Positions 29,594 through 40,266 of a stretch of 64,000 nucleotides of DNA are shown one piece after another. Where the stretch lies: assembly GCA_965223545.1 (NCBI GenBank), contig OZ245006.1:7872001-7936000 (forward strand). The letters run 5' to 3'. Every line of letters starts with the position of its first letter. The first letter of the stretch is position 1. A program made the translations under genes and the position numbers. This DNA is from Planctomycetota bacterium (GTDB lineage: Bacteria; Planctomycetota; UBA1135; UBA2386). A model generated the notes under the pieces. That model had not been told where the DNA came from and made no database searches. It saw only the letters and a program-made list of their open reading frames with translations.

Positions 29594-31812
29594 ATCTCCA
29601 CCGAGCCGTCGGCGAATCCGATCGCGACCGCGCTGCCGGCCGCGTCACTGGCAAAGCTGGTGGCCGGACGGCGGCTCAGTCCGTCCCGGCCACAGCGCAC
29701 GGCGAGGTCGCCGCCTTCGCCGACCGCGTGCACGACCCCATCCTCGGTCAGTGCCAGCAAGTCGGAGGAGCTCCAGTGCAGCGCGATGAAGGCGCCGTCG
29801 TGGCGCGCCACCGGCCGAAAGCGCCGGCCGTCGCGCTCGAGGATGGCGAGCCCACGCTCGCGCCACGCCACCGCCAGGTGGGATGCCTGTGGGGCGAGCG
29901 CTAGGGCGTGCACAGCGCCGGGTGCGGCAGGTGTCCAGCGGCCGACCTGGCGGCCGGTGTCGGTGTCCCAAATGCGCACCACACCGAGCTGGTCGCCGGT
30001 GACCGCGATCGGCTGTCGGTCGTGGAGCGCGACCGCGGTGATCCCGGCGCCGTGCCCCTCGAGTGGTTCGTGCAGAACCCACTGCGCGTCGTCCCGGGGC
30101 GCGCGGAACAGCTCGGCGAGCTTGCCGTCGGCGATCACCGCCTGGCTGTCGGACAGCGCCACCGGTTGCCCACTGGTCCGGGGCACGTGCAGGCGGAGAC
30201 CGTGTGGCGTCGTCAACACCGCTTCGGCGCGGCTGCACACCAGGGCCGAGTCGTCGGGGCCGAGTGCCGCCGCGAGGGGTGTCGTGGTCAGCGAGTCGAC
30301 GGACGTGGGGATGCCGGTGGCCCGCACCCAGGCGCGGACGGTGGTGGTGTTGCCGGCCGGGTCGCGCACCGTGGCGCGCACCAGCGTGCGCTCGTGATCG
30401 GGCACCCAGCGCAGCACCGGTTCGGCTGTCGAGGCGTGACCGGGCACGACGTCGAGTGCGTGCAGGTCGGTGGCCGGTGACACGGTGATCGGCAGGTGGT
30501 GTGGGCGGCCGAGTACCAGCGGTTGCTCGGGCAGGCCGAGCTCCACGATCGGTGGCGCGCTGTCGCGTTGGATCGTCAACCGCACCTCGGCGGATCGATG
30601 GCCGGCCCGGTCGAGCGCCCAGGCGCGGACCCGGTAGCGACCGTCGACCGGCGTCGGCGCATCGGCGGCGTAGATGCCGCCGAACTGGTGCGCCAAGTGC
30701 AGGGTGGACGTCGTTCCGTCGGGGCCGGTACACGAGGCGCGCACCGATGCGACATCGGCGGCCGCGCAGCGCAGCTCGATGGTGGTGCGCGCGGTCCGCG
30801 TCCAGACGACGCCCGGCGGTGGGGGATCGAGCACCGGTGGATCGGCGTCCGCGTCGAGCAGCAGCGCGCAGCGCGCCTGGCCGTACACGAGCGCCAGCTG
30901 CTGGGTGCCGACGGTGGGCATGACCCAGTCGAGGGTGAAGGCGCCGTCGGCAGCGACTTCGGCAATCCCGCTCGCCTCTCCGCCGCGGGCGCGCACCACG
31001 CCGGCGCCGCGGCCGTGGACCCGCCCGCGAATGCGCAGGGCGGAGGCCGGTGGCCGCGCGACGCGATCGCCGTGCCGCAGGCCGGCCAGCACGATGCGCG
31101 CGGCTTCGGCGGGCGGGGTCGGTGGCGCCACCGTCACCGGACCGACGGCGCCTCCGGGCGGCGTGCTCGGCCGCGTCGTCACCGCGGGCTCCGGCACCGG
31201 GTCGACGGAGATCTCGTGCGTCAGCGTGCACGGGCCACACTGCAACTCCATCCGGTGCGAGCCGGGTGCCGTGAACGTGACGCAGCCCTGCTCGTCGCGG
31301 GTCACCGGTGACGGGCCGCGCTCGGGGCCGGTGACGATGAGCCGCTCGATCGGCACGGACGACAGGAGTGGCACCGGCTCGCCGCAGCGCGCGCGCGCCG
31401 GCAGAGCGGCGATGAGCTGCTGGCGCAGGGCGTCGACGCAGTCCCGGCGCGCGCGGTCGAGCAGCCGCTGCACGCGGCTGCGCGCTCGGCCGGCCAAGGA
31501 TTCGGCGACGGGGACCTGCGCTAGCCGGGACCAACCCGCCAGCAGCTCCGCCGCCGGCAGCCGGGCCAGGGCGTGCCAGTCGGCGAGGGTCGCGCAGGTC
31601 GCGGCCAGGGTTTGCGTGGCCGCATAGCGCGGCCCCCAGGGCAGCGCTGCCTCGAGCTGCTCGGTCGCCGCGGTGATGCCCTCGGGGCGCGCTTCCAGCT
31701 CGTGCAGTGCGGCGGCGAGAACCTCGTCGTTGTGCCAGAACGACGCGGCGAACACTCCGCCGCCGAGTGCCGCGAGCAGCAGGGCTCGGCCGCCGACTGC
31801 GCCGCCCGTCAC
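29464..31812 (-). CDS. membrane-anchored protein with Ig-like domains and C-terminal WD40 repeats
   Basis: GTG overlapping surE stop (GTGA); N-terminal TM; ALDRAGH/VRDPAGN Ig-like ends; GHGAGITAVA..TGDQLGVVRIWD. Confidence 0.7.
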   Translation of the reverse strand: MTGGAVGGRALLLAALGGGVFAASFWHNDEVLAAALHELEARPEGITAATEQLEAALPWGPRYAATQTLAATCATLADWHALARLPAAELLAGWSRLAQVPVAESLAGRARSRVQRLLDRARRDCVDALRQQLIAALPARARCGEPVPLLSSVPIERLIVTGPERGPSPVTRDEQGCVTFTAPGSHRMELQCGPCTLTHEISVDPVPEPAVTTRPSTPPGGAVGPVTVAPPTPPAEAARIVLAGLRHGDRVARPPASALRIRGRVHGRGAGVVRARGGEASGIAEVAADGAFTLDWVMPTVGTQQLALVYGQARCALLLDADADPPVLDPPPPGVVWTRTARTTIELRCAAADVASVRASCTGPDGTTSTLHLAHQFGGIYAADAPTPVDGRYRVRAWALDRAGHRSAEVRLTIQRDSAPPIVELGLPEQPLVLGRPHHLPITVSPATDLHALDVVPGHASTAEPVLRWVPDHERTLVRATVRDPAGNTTTVRAWVRATGIPTSVDSLTTTPLAAALGPDDSALVCSRAEAVLTTPHGLRLHVPRTSGQPVALSDSQAVIADGKLAELFRAPRDDAQWVLHEPLEGHGAGITAVALHDRQPIAVTGDQLGVVRIWDTDTGRQVGRWTPAAPGAVHALALAPQASHLAVAWRERGLAILERDGRRFRPVARHDGAFIALHWSSSDLLALTEDGVVHAVGEGGDLAVRCGRDGLSRRPATSFASDAAGSAVAIGFADGSVEIWQANRRRIEWAGHDGAVLAVRFDGRRRMRSLGRDGELRHWSW

Positions 31813-32603
31813 CGCGCCGGCTCCATGGCCTCGCGCCACGCAGCCGCGCGCGGATGGTCGGTCAGGTCGTAGGACAGCGGGGTGACCGCGATCCTGCCCT
31901 GGGCGATCGCCTCGACGTCGCAGCCGGGTGCGGTGTGGGCGAACGACATGCCGTCTCCCACCGGCCAGTAGTAGACCTGCCCTTCGGGCGAGGTGCGGCG
32001 CTCGTAGCCGTCGAGGCCGGCGGCGATGTTCATCGGCACGACCCGCAGCTCGGGCACTTCCTGCGCCGCGTTCTCGATGCGCGGCAGGTTGACGTTGATG
32101 ACGTCGTGCTGGTCGAGCGGGTGCGTCAGGAGGCGGTCGATCACCTGCCGGGCGATCTGCGCGGCGCGGTCGTACTCGGTGCGCTGGCGATCGCCGAGCT
32201 CGAGGCTGACCGCGATGGCGGGGACGCCCAAGAACGCCGACTCCACCGCGGCGCCGACGGTGCCCGAGTAGAGCACGTTGATGCCGACGTTGGCGCCCAT
32301 GTTCATGCCGCTGATGGTGAGGTCCGGCCGACTGCCCTCGCCGAAGCGCTCGCCCCAAATGGCACGGAGCGCCAGCTTGACGCAGTCGGCAGGGCGGCCC
32401 TCGACCGCGATGCCGGTGGCGTCGCCGGCGAAGGCGATCTCCTCGCACATCAGGGGCTCGTCGAAGGTGATGCCGTGGCCGGTTCCCGATTGGACGGTGG
32501 ACGGCGCCACCGTCAGCACCTCGCCAATGCCGACGAGCGCGCGGTACAGGGCGCGGATTCCCGGGGCGTGGAGACCGTCGTCGTTGGTCAACAGAACGCG
32601 CAT
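31809..32603 (-). CDS. surE: 5'/3'-nucleotidase SurE
   Basis: MRVLLTNDDGLHAPGI, GRPADCV, ISGMNMGANVG, YSGTVGAA, IAVTPL. Confidence 0.95.
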   Translation of the reverse strand: MRVLLTNDDGLHAPGIRALYRALVGIGEVLTVAPSTVQSGTGHGITFDEPLMCEEIAFAGDATGIAVEGRPADCVKLALRAIWGERFGEGSRPDLTISGMNMGANVGINVLYSGTVGAAVESAFLGVPAIAVSLELGDRQRTEYDRAAQIARQVIDRLLTHPLDQHDVINVNLPRIENAAQEVPELRVVPMNIAAGLDGYERRTSPEGQVYYWPVGDGMSFAHTAPGCDVEAIAQGRIAVTPLSYDLTDHPRAAAWREAMEPAR

Positions 32604-32765
32604 GCTCGGTGCCCGCCCGCGGTCCGCGCGGCGAGCGGCAGAGCATACCCGCCAGCCTGGCGTCCCCGGCGGCTTTTGTCGCCGGCGCGGCGGGCCGCCC
32701 AAGCGCCGGCGGGAAGGAGGCTTGCGCGCCCGGGCGGCGCGCTGGCAGACTCCGGGTCCTGGGGG

Positions 32766-33803
32766 GTGCTGCCCTTGCCGCCAACCGATCACCACACTCG
32801 ACCCGACTTGCCTGCCGCGGATTCGGCGCGGTTGCGGCGGCGCGCCGCGCGCTGGTCGCTTTGCATCGCGCTGTTGGTGTTTGGCGGCAAGCTCTGGGCC
32901 TATGCCTTGACCGACTCGACCGCGGTGTTGTCCGACGCGTTGGAGTCGGTGGTCAACGTCGTCGCCGCGGTGATCCTGGTCGGCAGCCTGCGGTTGGCGG
33001 CGATGCCGGCGGACGACGACCACCCGTACGGCCACGGCAAGATCGAGTTCTTCTCCGCTGGCATCGAGGGTGGCTTCCTGTTCGGCGCCGGCGCTTTGAT
33101 TCTGTTCGAGGCGGGGCGCGCGCTCTGGCTGGGAGCCCAGCCCGGCCGGTTCGACCTCGGCTTGCTGGTGCTCGCGATCTTCGGCGCGATCAACGCGGCG
33201 TTGGGGAGCTACCTGGTGCGCGCTGGCAAACGCACCCATTCGGTGGCGTTGGAGGCCGACGGCCGGCACGTGCTGGCCGACGTCTGGACCACGGTCGGCG
33301 TGCTGGTCGGTCTCGCTCTGGTGTGGGCGACGGGCTGGAGCTGGCTCGACCCCCTGGTGGCGGCGGCGGTCGGAGTCCACGTCGTGCGCGAGGGCTTCAC
33401 GTTGTCCCGCAGGGCGGTGCGCGGCCTGATGGACCAAGCCGACCCAGCGACCCTGGCGCGCCTGGTCGAGGCCTTGGATGGGGCCAGAAAGGCCCCGTGG
33501 GTCGACCTCCACGGCCTGCGTAGCCGGCGCTCGGGCTCCCTGTTGCACGTCGACCTGCGCCTGGTCGTGCCGCGCTACTTCGACGTCCGCGACCTGCACG
33601 GCATCCACGACCACGTCGAGCGCACGATCGCCGCCGTCGCCGAGGCCTCCTCCGAAACCGTGGTCCACTTCGACCCCTGCCGTCCCGACGACTGCTCCGG
33701 CTGCGCCATGGATACCTGCCCCGAACGCACCGCCCCGCAGACCCACCGCCACCCGTTGACCCTCGACCGCGCCACGCGCACCGACACCCCCCACGCCCAC
33801 TGA
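32766..33803 (+). CDS. cation diffusion facilitator (CDF) transporter; start approximate
   Basis: SDALESVVN, PADDDHPYGHGKIEF, ADGRHVLADVWT, Cys-rich tail HFDPCRPDDCSGC. Confidence 0.9.
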   Translation: MLPLPPTDHHTRPDLPAADSARLRRRAARWSLCIALLVFGGKLWAYALTDSTAVLSDALESVVNVVAAVILVGSLRLAAMPADDDHPYGHGKIEFFSAGIEGGFLFGAGALILFEAGRALWLGAQPGRFDLGLLVLAIFGAINAALGSYLVRAGKRTHSVALEADGRHVLADVWTTVGVLVGLALVWATGWSWLDPLVAAAVGVHVVREGFTLSRRAVRGLMDQADPATLARLVEALDGARKAPWVDLHGLRSRRSGSLLHVDLRLVVPRYFDVRDLHGIHDHVERTIAAVAEASSETVVHFDPCRPDDCSGCAMDTCPERTAPQTHRHPLTLDRATRTDTPHAH

Positions 33804-33909
33804 ACGTACGGAGCCAGGCTCCGATCCATCACGCCGCGGAACGTACCGAGTCAGACTCGATTTTCTCGCGGCGCCGCTCCACCCCGCCCCGCGGCCAGCC
33901 CTCTTCGTG

Positions 33910-35076
33910 TCAGAGAGCCCGCACCAGATCGGGAACCAGCGCCAGCGTGGCCACGGTGAGGCCGGCGGCGACGAGCAGCGCGCCGATCGCCAGCAGCGCG
34001 AGCTCGGTCGCGTGCAGCCGGCGCACGGTGCCGGGGCTGCAGCCGATGCGGCGCAGGGTTCGCATCTCACCGGCGCGCAACCGCATCGACAGCAGGAGTT
34101 GCAGCCCCACGAGCAACGCCGTGCTCAAGCCCAGCAGCAGCGCCAGCACGTCGAGCACGCGCTTGACGCGGAGCACGGCGGCGAGGAGATCGTCGACGAC
34201 GGCCCTGGGAGTCACCATCTGCCACTGCCCGCTGCCGTCGAACCGCGCCTTGAGCAGAGTCGCTGCCTTCTCGTCGAACGGCAGCGCGATGATCGCGGTC
34301 AGCGGCAGCTGGGTGTCGTCGGCGTGCACATGGAACGTGTGCGCGTTGTCGTCGGTGACCTCCTGGTAGGAGCGCAAGGCGGGACCGAGGCTGACGACCT
34401 CGTCGGTCTGCGCCAACACCAACGAAGGGTCGGCGTCGCGCGCATCCTCGTGACCGTGCGCCAACCCCTCGAGGATCCACGCCGTCTTCAGGTCGACGAA
34501 CACCGCGCCGTCGTCCGCGCTGCCGGTGCGCGCCAGCACACCGCAGACCTGCATCTTCAGCGCCGGCGGCCGGGACAGGTCGTAGAGATCGGTCGGATCG
34601 GAGAACAGAGTGGCGCCGACGTCCAGGTCGAGCGCCGCCGCCACGTCATGGCCGAGGACCACCTCGCCCAAGCGCAGCGGCAGCGTGCCGCGCACCGCCC
34701 GCAGCCGGTGCAACTCGTAGTACTCGGGCGTCGTCGCGACGATCGGGTGGCGCTGCGCGGTGAACCGCTGGTGCAGCGGAATCGGTGCCGCCCAGCCGGT
34801 CGCGCCGATCGCCCGGACTTGGGCGAACGGTACCGTCGGCAGGGTTGCCGGCCGAAAGTAGAGCGCGGCGAGTGTCAGATCGAACCGGCTGCCGCGCGCG
34901 CCCGCCAGCAGAGGCGTGGCGTCGGCGCGCGCGGTCAAGTCGGTCTGGTAGCGCAGCAAGAGGAGCTGCGTCGTCACCGGCAAGAACACCGCCGCGGCGA
35001 CGCAGGCGATGGTGATTCCGCTCCGCACGCGGTGGTGGAGCAGGTGTCGCCACGACAGCCAGAGCACGCCGCGCAT
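33910..35076 (-). CDS. ABC transporter permease, FtsX/MacB family
   Basis: N-terminal TM, large periplasmic loop (GARGSRFDL, EVVLG, DGAVFVDL), C-terminal TMs with RAGEMRTLRRIG. Confidence 0.8.
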   Translation of the reverse strand: MRGVLWLSWRHLLHHRVRSGITIACVAAAVFLPVTTQLLLLRYQTDLTARADATPLLAGARGSRFDLTLAALYFRPATLPTVPFAQVRAIGATGWAAPIPLHQRFTAQRHPIVATTPEYYELHRLRAVRGTLPLRLGEVVLGHDVAAALDLDVGATLFSDPTDLYDLSRPPALKMQVCGVLARTGSADDGAVFVDLKTAWILEGLAHGHEDARDADPSLVLAQTDEVVSLGPALRSYQEVTDDNAHTFHVHADDTQLPLTAIIALPFDEKAATLLKARFDGSGQWQMVTPRAVVDDLLAAVLRVKRVLDVLALLLGLSTALLVGLQLLLSMRLRAGEMRTLRRIGCSPGTVRRLHATELALLAIGALLVAAGLTVATLALVPDLVRAL

Positions 35077-35090
35077 CGCCGGCCTCGGGT

Positions 35091-36376
35091 TCAGCGGCCG
35101 CCCCCGGCCGCGCGCGGATCCGTGCTGGAGGTGGCGATCACTTCCTGCGCGAGGATCTCGTGGTCGCGAATGCGCCAGCCGGTCGGCGTCCGCGCCACCG
35201 TGTAGCGCGCCTCGTATTCCTGCGTGCGCGCATGGCTGTGCCCCCAGTGGTACACCGCGCCGTCGACCTGCCAGCGGGAGTGCACGGTGAACCCCGGCCA
35301 CTCCTCTTCGCCGAGCAGGCCGATCTGCTCGACGCGGTTGTCGACCGTCCGCACCTCCTCGACCTGACTCACCGCGCCGCCCTCCTCGTGCAGGATCAAG
35401 CTCTGGTAGACCTGCCGGTACAGCCGATCGAGCAGGTCACCGTGCACGCTGCGCGCCAACGCGTCGTAGATCTCGCTCTCGTCGACGAACTCGAACGCGC
35501 GGTACACGTTGCGCTGCAGCGGCGTGAAGATCGCGAGCGCCTCGTCGGCGGTGGGCAAGCTCGGGCCCGCAAATGGCAGCGGCAGCTCGACCGGCCGGCG
35601 TCGCGGCCGAGCGCGGCCGCGCCGAACATCGCCAGCGAGGCGACCAGCAGTGGCCGCCGCCGCTGGCGCAGGGCGAGCCAGCCCAAACCGACTCCGGCGC
35701 ACAGCGCGCCGACGCCGATCAGCGGTACGCCCACGCCAGGCGGCGTCGAGGCCTCGACCAGGGGCACCGGGTCGAACGCGTCCAGCGCGCTGGCGCCGGT
35801 GTCGTGCCACGTGTACCCCGGCTCCTCGGTGCTCAGCAGCACGTGCTCGCGCACGCCGCGGGCGACCACCTGGACGTTGATGTTCATCGGCGGCGCGCCG
35901 CCGCCGAAGTCGAGCACCAGATCATCGGGAAAGGTGCCCCAGACCACCGAGACCCGCTCCGGCGCGGCGCTGGCCGGATACTCCAGCAGCAGGCGCATCT
36001 TGAGCAACGCCTTGACCCCCATCCGCGGGAACAGCGGCAGCAAGGTCAGGTCCGGCTCGCCGACTTCGAACGAACCGACCTCGGCGGTGACCTCGACGCC
36101 ATCGATCTCGACCCGATTGGTCGCCAGAAAATGCGCGGCGAGATCTTGGTGGTAGGACTCGTACTCGACCGGATGCAGCGCCGTCTCACTCTCCCGCGGT
36201 GTGTCGACGACCTCGTCGACGAACGCGAGGTTGAGCAGCAGGGCCATGGTCACTCCGCCCGGGCCGATCCGCAGCCGAACATCGATGTCGGGCCCGTCGG
36301 CCGGGTGGGCCGGTGGCCGGTCTCCGCTGTGGAGCGCGAGGCCGAGCATCGCGGCGACGAGCACGGCGTGGGACAT
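35091..36376 (-). pseudogene. membrane-anchored hypothetical protein split by a probable 1-nt deletion
   Basis: N-part MSHAVL...HPADGP...LGRDAGR and C-part VELPLPF...HWGHSH are in different frames; adding one base to CC at 35591-35592 joins them (428 aa). Confidence 0.7.
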
Positions 36377-36620
36377 CGCCGGGATGCTATAGCGGCGCCG
36401 CGCATTGGCGGCGACGTTTCTCCGCCGGCGGGCGCGTCGCCGCGGCGCGCGGTCGGTCACCTCGATCGAGGAGTTGCGCCCGACTCGCGGGCACGGCGCG
36501 ATCGCCGATGCGCAGAGCCCCTTTACTTTGCCGCGGCCCGGGCCTCGCATGGCCCGGTCACCGGCCGTAGTGGCCGGTAGAACATCCGAAGTCTTCGCTC
36601 TCCGAGCTGGCCACGAATCC

Positions 36621-38246
36621 ATGGCGACCCACACCTCTCTCCAAAGCGCCGCGCTGTTGGCGGCGTTGCTCACCCCATGCCTGACCGCCCAGCGCCCGGA
36701 TCTGGTCGAGCGCGACCCCGAGGCGGCGCCGACGCGGCGTGCGTTGGAAGCCTCCGGCGAGCAAGTGCAGATCTTCGATCAGCACGTCACCACCCTCTCG
36801 AGTCCGTTTATGGAGGGGCGCGTGCCGGGTTCGCGCGGCATGGAGGTGGCGCGGGAGTACTTCGAGTACTACCTGCGTGAGGCCGGTACCCGACCGCCGT
36901 GGGGCGAAGGCCAGGCCGCCAGCTATCGCCAGCGGTTCCCCCTGCGGGGCAGCCGCGAGGTCGCGACTGAGCACGTCGCGGTGGCAGACGGCAGCGTCAG
37001 CTTCGTCGCCGGGCAGGACTACAACACGCTGGGCCTCGGCGGCACCGGCACGGTGACCGCGCCGGTCGTGTTCGTGGGCTACGCGATCAACGAGGGCAGC
37101 GACGGCTACACCAGCTTTCCGGCCAATGAAGACCTCAGTGGCAAGATCGCACTGTTGCTGCGCCACGAGCCGCTGAACCCCGACGGCAAGAGCCGCTGGT
37201 CGATGCCGCCGCGGCCGTGGACCCGCGAGGCGAGCCTGTCGCGCAAGGTGCGCGCCGTCGTCCGTCGCGGCGCGGTCGGAGTCATCGTCGCCAATACACC
37301 CGGTGCCAGTGATCCGCGCGCCGAGCAGCTGACGCGTTCGGGCGGCGGCGGCCGCACCCGCGGCGAGCTGCCGGTGATGCACTTCACCAGCGCCGCTGCC
37401 GATCGCCTGATCTCGGCCCTGGCGCCCGACGCGGATTCGCTGGCTGCCCTGCGCGCGCGGTGCGACGAGGCAGGATTGGTGGTCGATTTCCCTGGGCAGG
37501 TCACGCTGACCACCGAGCTCGTCGAGCAGGAGAACTTCGGCGAGAACGTGGCTGGCATGATCCCGGGCCGCGGCGCGTTGGCGGACGAGTGGATCGTCGT
37601 CGGCGCCCACCTCGACCACCTCGGCATCGGCCTCTACGGCGCGCGCGACAGCCAGCGCATCGGCCAGCTGCACCCCGGCGCGGACGACAACGCGTCCGGT
37701 TCGGCCGGCGTGTTGATGCTGGCGGAGCGGATGATGCGGCATTACGCCGAGCTGCCGGAAGGTGAGTCGGCGCGTTCGCTCTTGTTCGTCGGCTGGGACG
37801 CGGAGGAGGCCGGGCTGCACGGCTCGCGCTACTACGTCGAGAATCCGCTGGCGCCGATCGAGAAGCACGCGCTCTGCATCAACTTCGACATGATCGGGCG
37901 GATCGTGAACAAGCGCCTGTCGGTGAGCGGCACCAAGTCGGCGGCCGGCATGGAGGAGTGGTTGTTGCCGATGTTCGAGGAGTCACCGCTCGACGTCGTC
38001 GTCGCGGGCGGCATGGGTCCTGGAGGCAGCGACCACTTCGCCTTCAACTCCAAGCGTGTGCCGTGGCTGTTCGCCATCATTCAGGACTTTCACAACGACT
38101 ACCACACGCCGGACGACGTGGCCTGGAAGATCAACCGCGTCGACGCGGTGCACACCATCGATCTGTTCGAAAAGATCACGCAGCAGGCGGCGACCCAGAC
38201 CGCGCCGTTCGAGTACCAGCCGACGGGCCGCGGCCGCCGCGGCTGA
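36621..38246 (+). CDS. M28 family metallopeptidase with PA domain
   Basis: MEGRVPG, VVFVGYAI, GAHLDHLG, GADDNASG, AEEAGLHGS, NFDMIG, SDH, YHTPDD. Confidence 0.92.
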   Translation: MATHTSLQSAALLAALLTPCLTAQRPDLVERDPEAAPTRRALEASGEQVQIFDQHVTTLSSPFMEGRVPGSRGMEVAREYFEYYLREAGTRPPWGEGQAASYRQRFPLRGSREVATEHVAVADGSVSFVAGQDYNTLGLGGTGTVTAPVVFVGYAINEGSDGYTSFPANEDLSGKIALLLRHEPLNPDGKSRWSMPPRPWTREASLSRKVRAVVRRGAVGVIVANTPGASDPRAEQLTRSGGGGRTRGELPVMHFTSAAADRLISALAPDADSLAALRARCDEAGLVVDFPGQVTLTTELVEQENFGENVAGMIPGRGALADEWIVVGAHLDHLGIGLYGARDSQRIGQLHPGADDNASGSAGVLMLAERMMRHYAELPEGESARSLLFVGWDAEEAGLHGSRYYVENPLAPIEKHALCINFDMIGRIVNKRLSVSGTKSAAGMEEWLLPMFEESPLDVVVAGGMGPGGSDHFAFNSKRVPWLFAIIQDFHNDYHTPDDVAWKINRVDAVHTIDLFEKITQQAATQTAPFEYQPTGRGRRG

Positions 38247-38273
38247 GAACCGCGGCGCGCGGCCACGCGGCGT

Positions 38274-39302
38274 TCACCGCAATGCCTCGCGCAGGCGCGC
38301 GAGGTTGGCGTGCATCGCCGCGAGATAGTCGTCGTCGCCCGGCGCCGGCAGGGTCTTGCAGGGACTGAAGACGACACTGCGTAGCGCGCACCGATCGCGC
38401 GCCGCCTGCTCCCAGGCCTGCGAGGGCGGGCTCTGCCACAGGATGACGCGGGCGGTGACTCCGTCGAGCCGTTGTTCGAGATCGCGCAGCGCGCTTTCGT
38501 CGGGCGCGGCGTTGGGGTCGAGATCGAGGTTGACCAAGCGCCAGCCGTAGCGCGCCGCTGCGTAGCCGTACGCCGGATGCGAGGCGACCAGCACCTCGCC
38601 GTCACCGAGCCGGATCTGGCCGAAGGCAGCGTCCAACGCCTGCAAGTCGGTGCGCAGCGCCGTCATGCGCTGCGCCAGCGCCTCGCCCGCGTTCGGCAAC
38701 GTGCGCTGCAGGGCGTCCAACAGCTCCTCCGCCTGCGCCGCCAGGTTCTGGGGATCGACCCAGGTGTGCGGGTCGATCCCGGTGTGGCTGTGCGTCGTGC
38801 CGTCGGCGTGCGTGTGGGTGACGGCGTTCTCGAAGCGCAAGAACCGCCGGCGGAAGGGGTGCGATGTGTCGACCAGTCGGCTGACCGGCAGTGAGGCGGT
38901 GAAGGCCCAAGCCTCGCAGTCGGCACCGTTGAGCACGATCAACGCGGCCCGTTGCATGTCCGCGATCTGTTGCCGCGACGGCTCGAAGTGCAGCGGATCA
39001 CTGCCGGCGCCTGCCAGGCAGGTCAACGTTGCCTCACTGGCGACCAGGCGCTGGGCGACCCAGTGCAACGGGTAGATCGTGGTCACCACGCTCGGTGAGC
39101 CGGTGGCGTTCGGCTGCGCGCCGGCCGGGTCGGTTTCGCCACAAGCCGCGGTGCTCAGCGCGGCCGCGGCCGCAACCAATCCCAGATGGCGCTTGTGCCG
39201 GAGTAGCTTCGAACGTCTGCCCGATCCGCCGCCGCGTTGAGCCAGGAGACACAGTCTCGGTGCGTGAAGCAGGGCGTGAAGCGTTCGCGGCGGTTTGGGC
39301 AT
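38274..39302 (-). CDS. metal ABC substrate-binding lipoprotein (ZnuA/TroA family); start may be downstream
   Basis: TAAC lipobox, VVTTIYPL, DPLHFEPS, HTHADGTTHSH loop, DPHTWVDP, SHPAYGY. Confidence 0.88.
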   Translation of the reverse strand: MPKPPRTLHALLHAPRLCLLAQRGGGSGRRSKLLRHKRHLGLVAAAAALSTAACGETDPAGAQPNATGSPSVVTTIYPLHWVAQRLVASEATLTCLAGAGSDPLHFEPSRQQIADMQRAALIVLNGADCEAWAFTASLPVSRLVDTSHPFRRRFLRFENAVTHTHADGTTHSHTGIDPHTWVDPQNLAAQAEELLDALQRTLPNAGEALAQRMTALRTDLQALDAAFGQIRLGDGEVLVASHPAYGYAAARYGWRLVNLDLDPNAAPDESALRDLEQRLDGVTARVILWQSPPSQAWEQAARDRCALRSVVFSPCKTLPAPGDDDYLAAMHANLARLREALR

Positions 39303-39319
39303 TGCGGTGGTGCGTCCGG

Positions 39320-40027
39320 TCAGTGGGCTTGCAGGTGCGCTTCACTGTAGCCGTCGGTCGCGGTCGTGAACTCGATGACGCGGCCGAAGCGCGGCAGCGC
39401 GCTGTGGTCGTGGGTGACCACGATCGTGGTCGCGCCGCGCTCGCGGGTCTGCGCCAGCATCAGGTCGAGAACCGCGGCCGAAGTGACCGGATCGAGGTTG
39501 CCGGTGGGTTCGTCCGCCAACACCACCGCGGGTAGGGTGACCAGTGCGCGGCACAGCGCCACGCGCTGGCGCTCTCCTTGACTCAACGCCCGGGGGTGGC
39601 GGGGCAGCAGCTCTTCGATGCCGCTGGCCTGCGCCAGGGCGCGCACGCGTTGCCCCACGCGGTCGTCCCGGGCGGCCGCCGGCTGCACCAAGTACGGCAG
39701 CAGGATGTTGTCGCGCACGGTGAGGTAGTCGAGCAGCTCGAACTCTTGGAACACCTGACCGACGCGGGACAGCCGCCGTGCGCGCCGGTCGCGGTCGGTC
39801 TGGGCTGCCCAGGAGGTACCGTCGAGGACGACCTCGCCGCGGGCGGGCAGCAGGATCCCGGCGAGCAGCTGCAACAGGGTCGATTTGCCGCAACCGCTGG
39901 GGCCGATGCACACCGTCGCGCTGCGCGGGGGAAAGTCGAGACCCGGTGCCCGCAGACGGAAGCCGCCGGGAAACGAGAGCTCGATGTCGCGCACCGCGAG
40001 GTGGCCGTCGGTCGCAGGACTGGGCAT
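39320..40027 (-). CDS. ABC transporter ATP-binding protein (LolD/MacB type)
   Basis: GPSGCGKST, VFQEFELL, LSQGERQRVA, LADEPTGNLD, VTHD. Confidence 0.93.
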   Translation of the reverse strand: MPSPATDGHLAVRDIELSFPGGFRLRAPGLDFPPRSATVCIGPSGCGKSTLLQLLAGILLPARGEVVLDGTSWAAQTDRDRRARRLSRVGQVFQEFELLDYLTVRDNILLPYLVQPAAARDDRVGQRVRALAQASGIEELLPRHPRALSQGERQRVALCRALVTLPAVVLADEPTGNLDPVTSAAVLDLMLAQTRERGATTIVVTHDHSALPRFGRVIEFTTATDGYSEAHLQAH

Positions 40028-40266
40028 GGCGGCAGCCGGCAGCTGACCCCAACCAGGCCGCGAATCCAAGGTGCATGTCGGCGGGAGGGTGCTTGGCGGC
40101 CGTGGCCCCACACTCTCCTTGGCAGCGGGCGCTGGGGTTGGCGGGCCTCAAGATGACACCGGCGGCACAGCGGCACTTGCGGACGGGCCCACGGCATTGC
40201 CGATGAAACGACGGATACGCGCACACGCGGAGCTGCCGTTCAGCGCCGCGGCCGAAACGGGAGACG

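Noticed and set aside
19213..34070. Apparent long fusions in the track (19213..22038, 20742..22928, 29464..32784, 31707..33803, 31809..34070)
   Set aside because: N-terminal extensions are off-frame overlaps with neighbouring genes; real starts are internal
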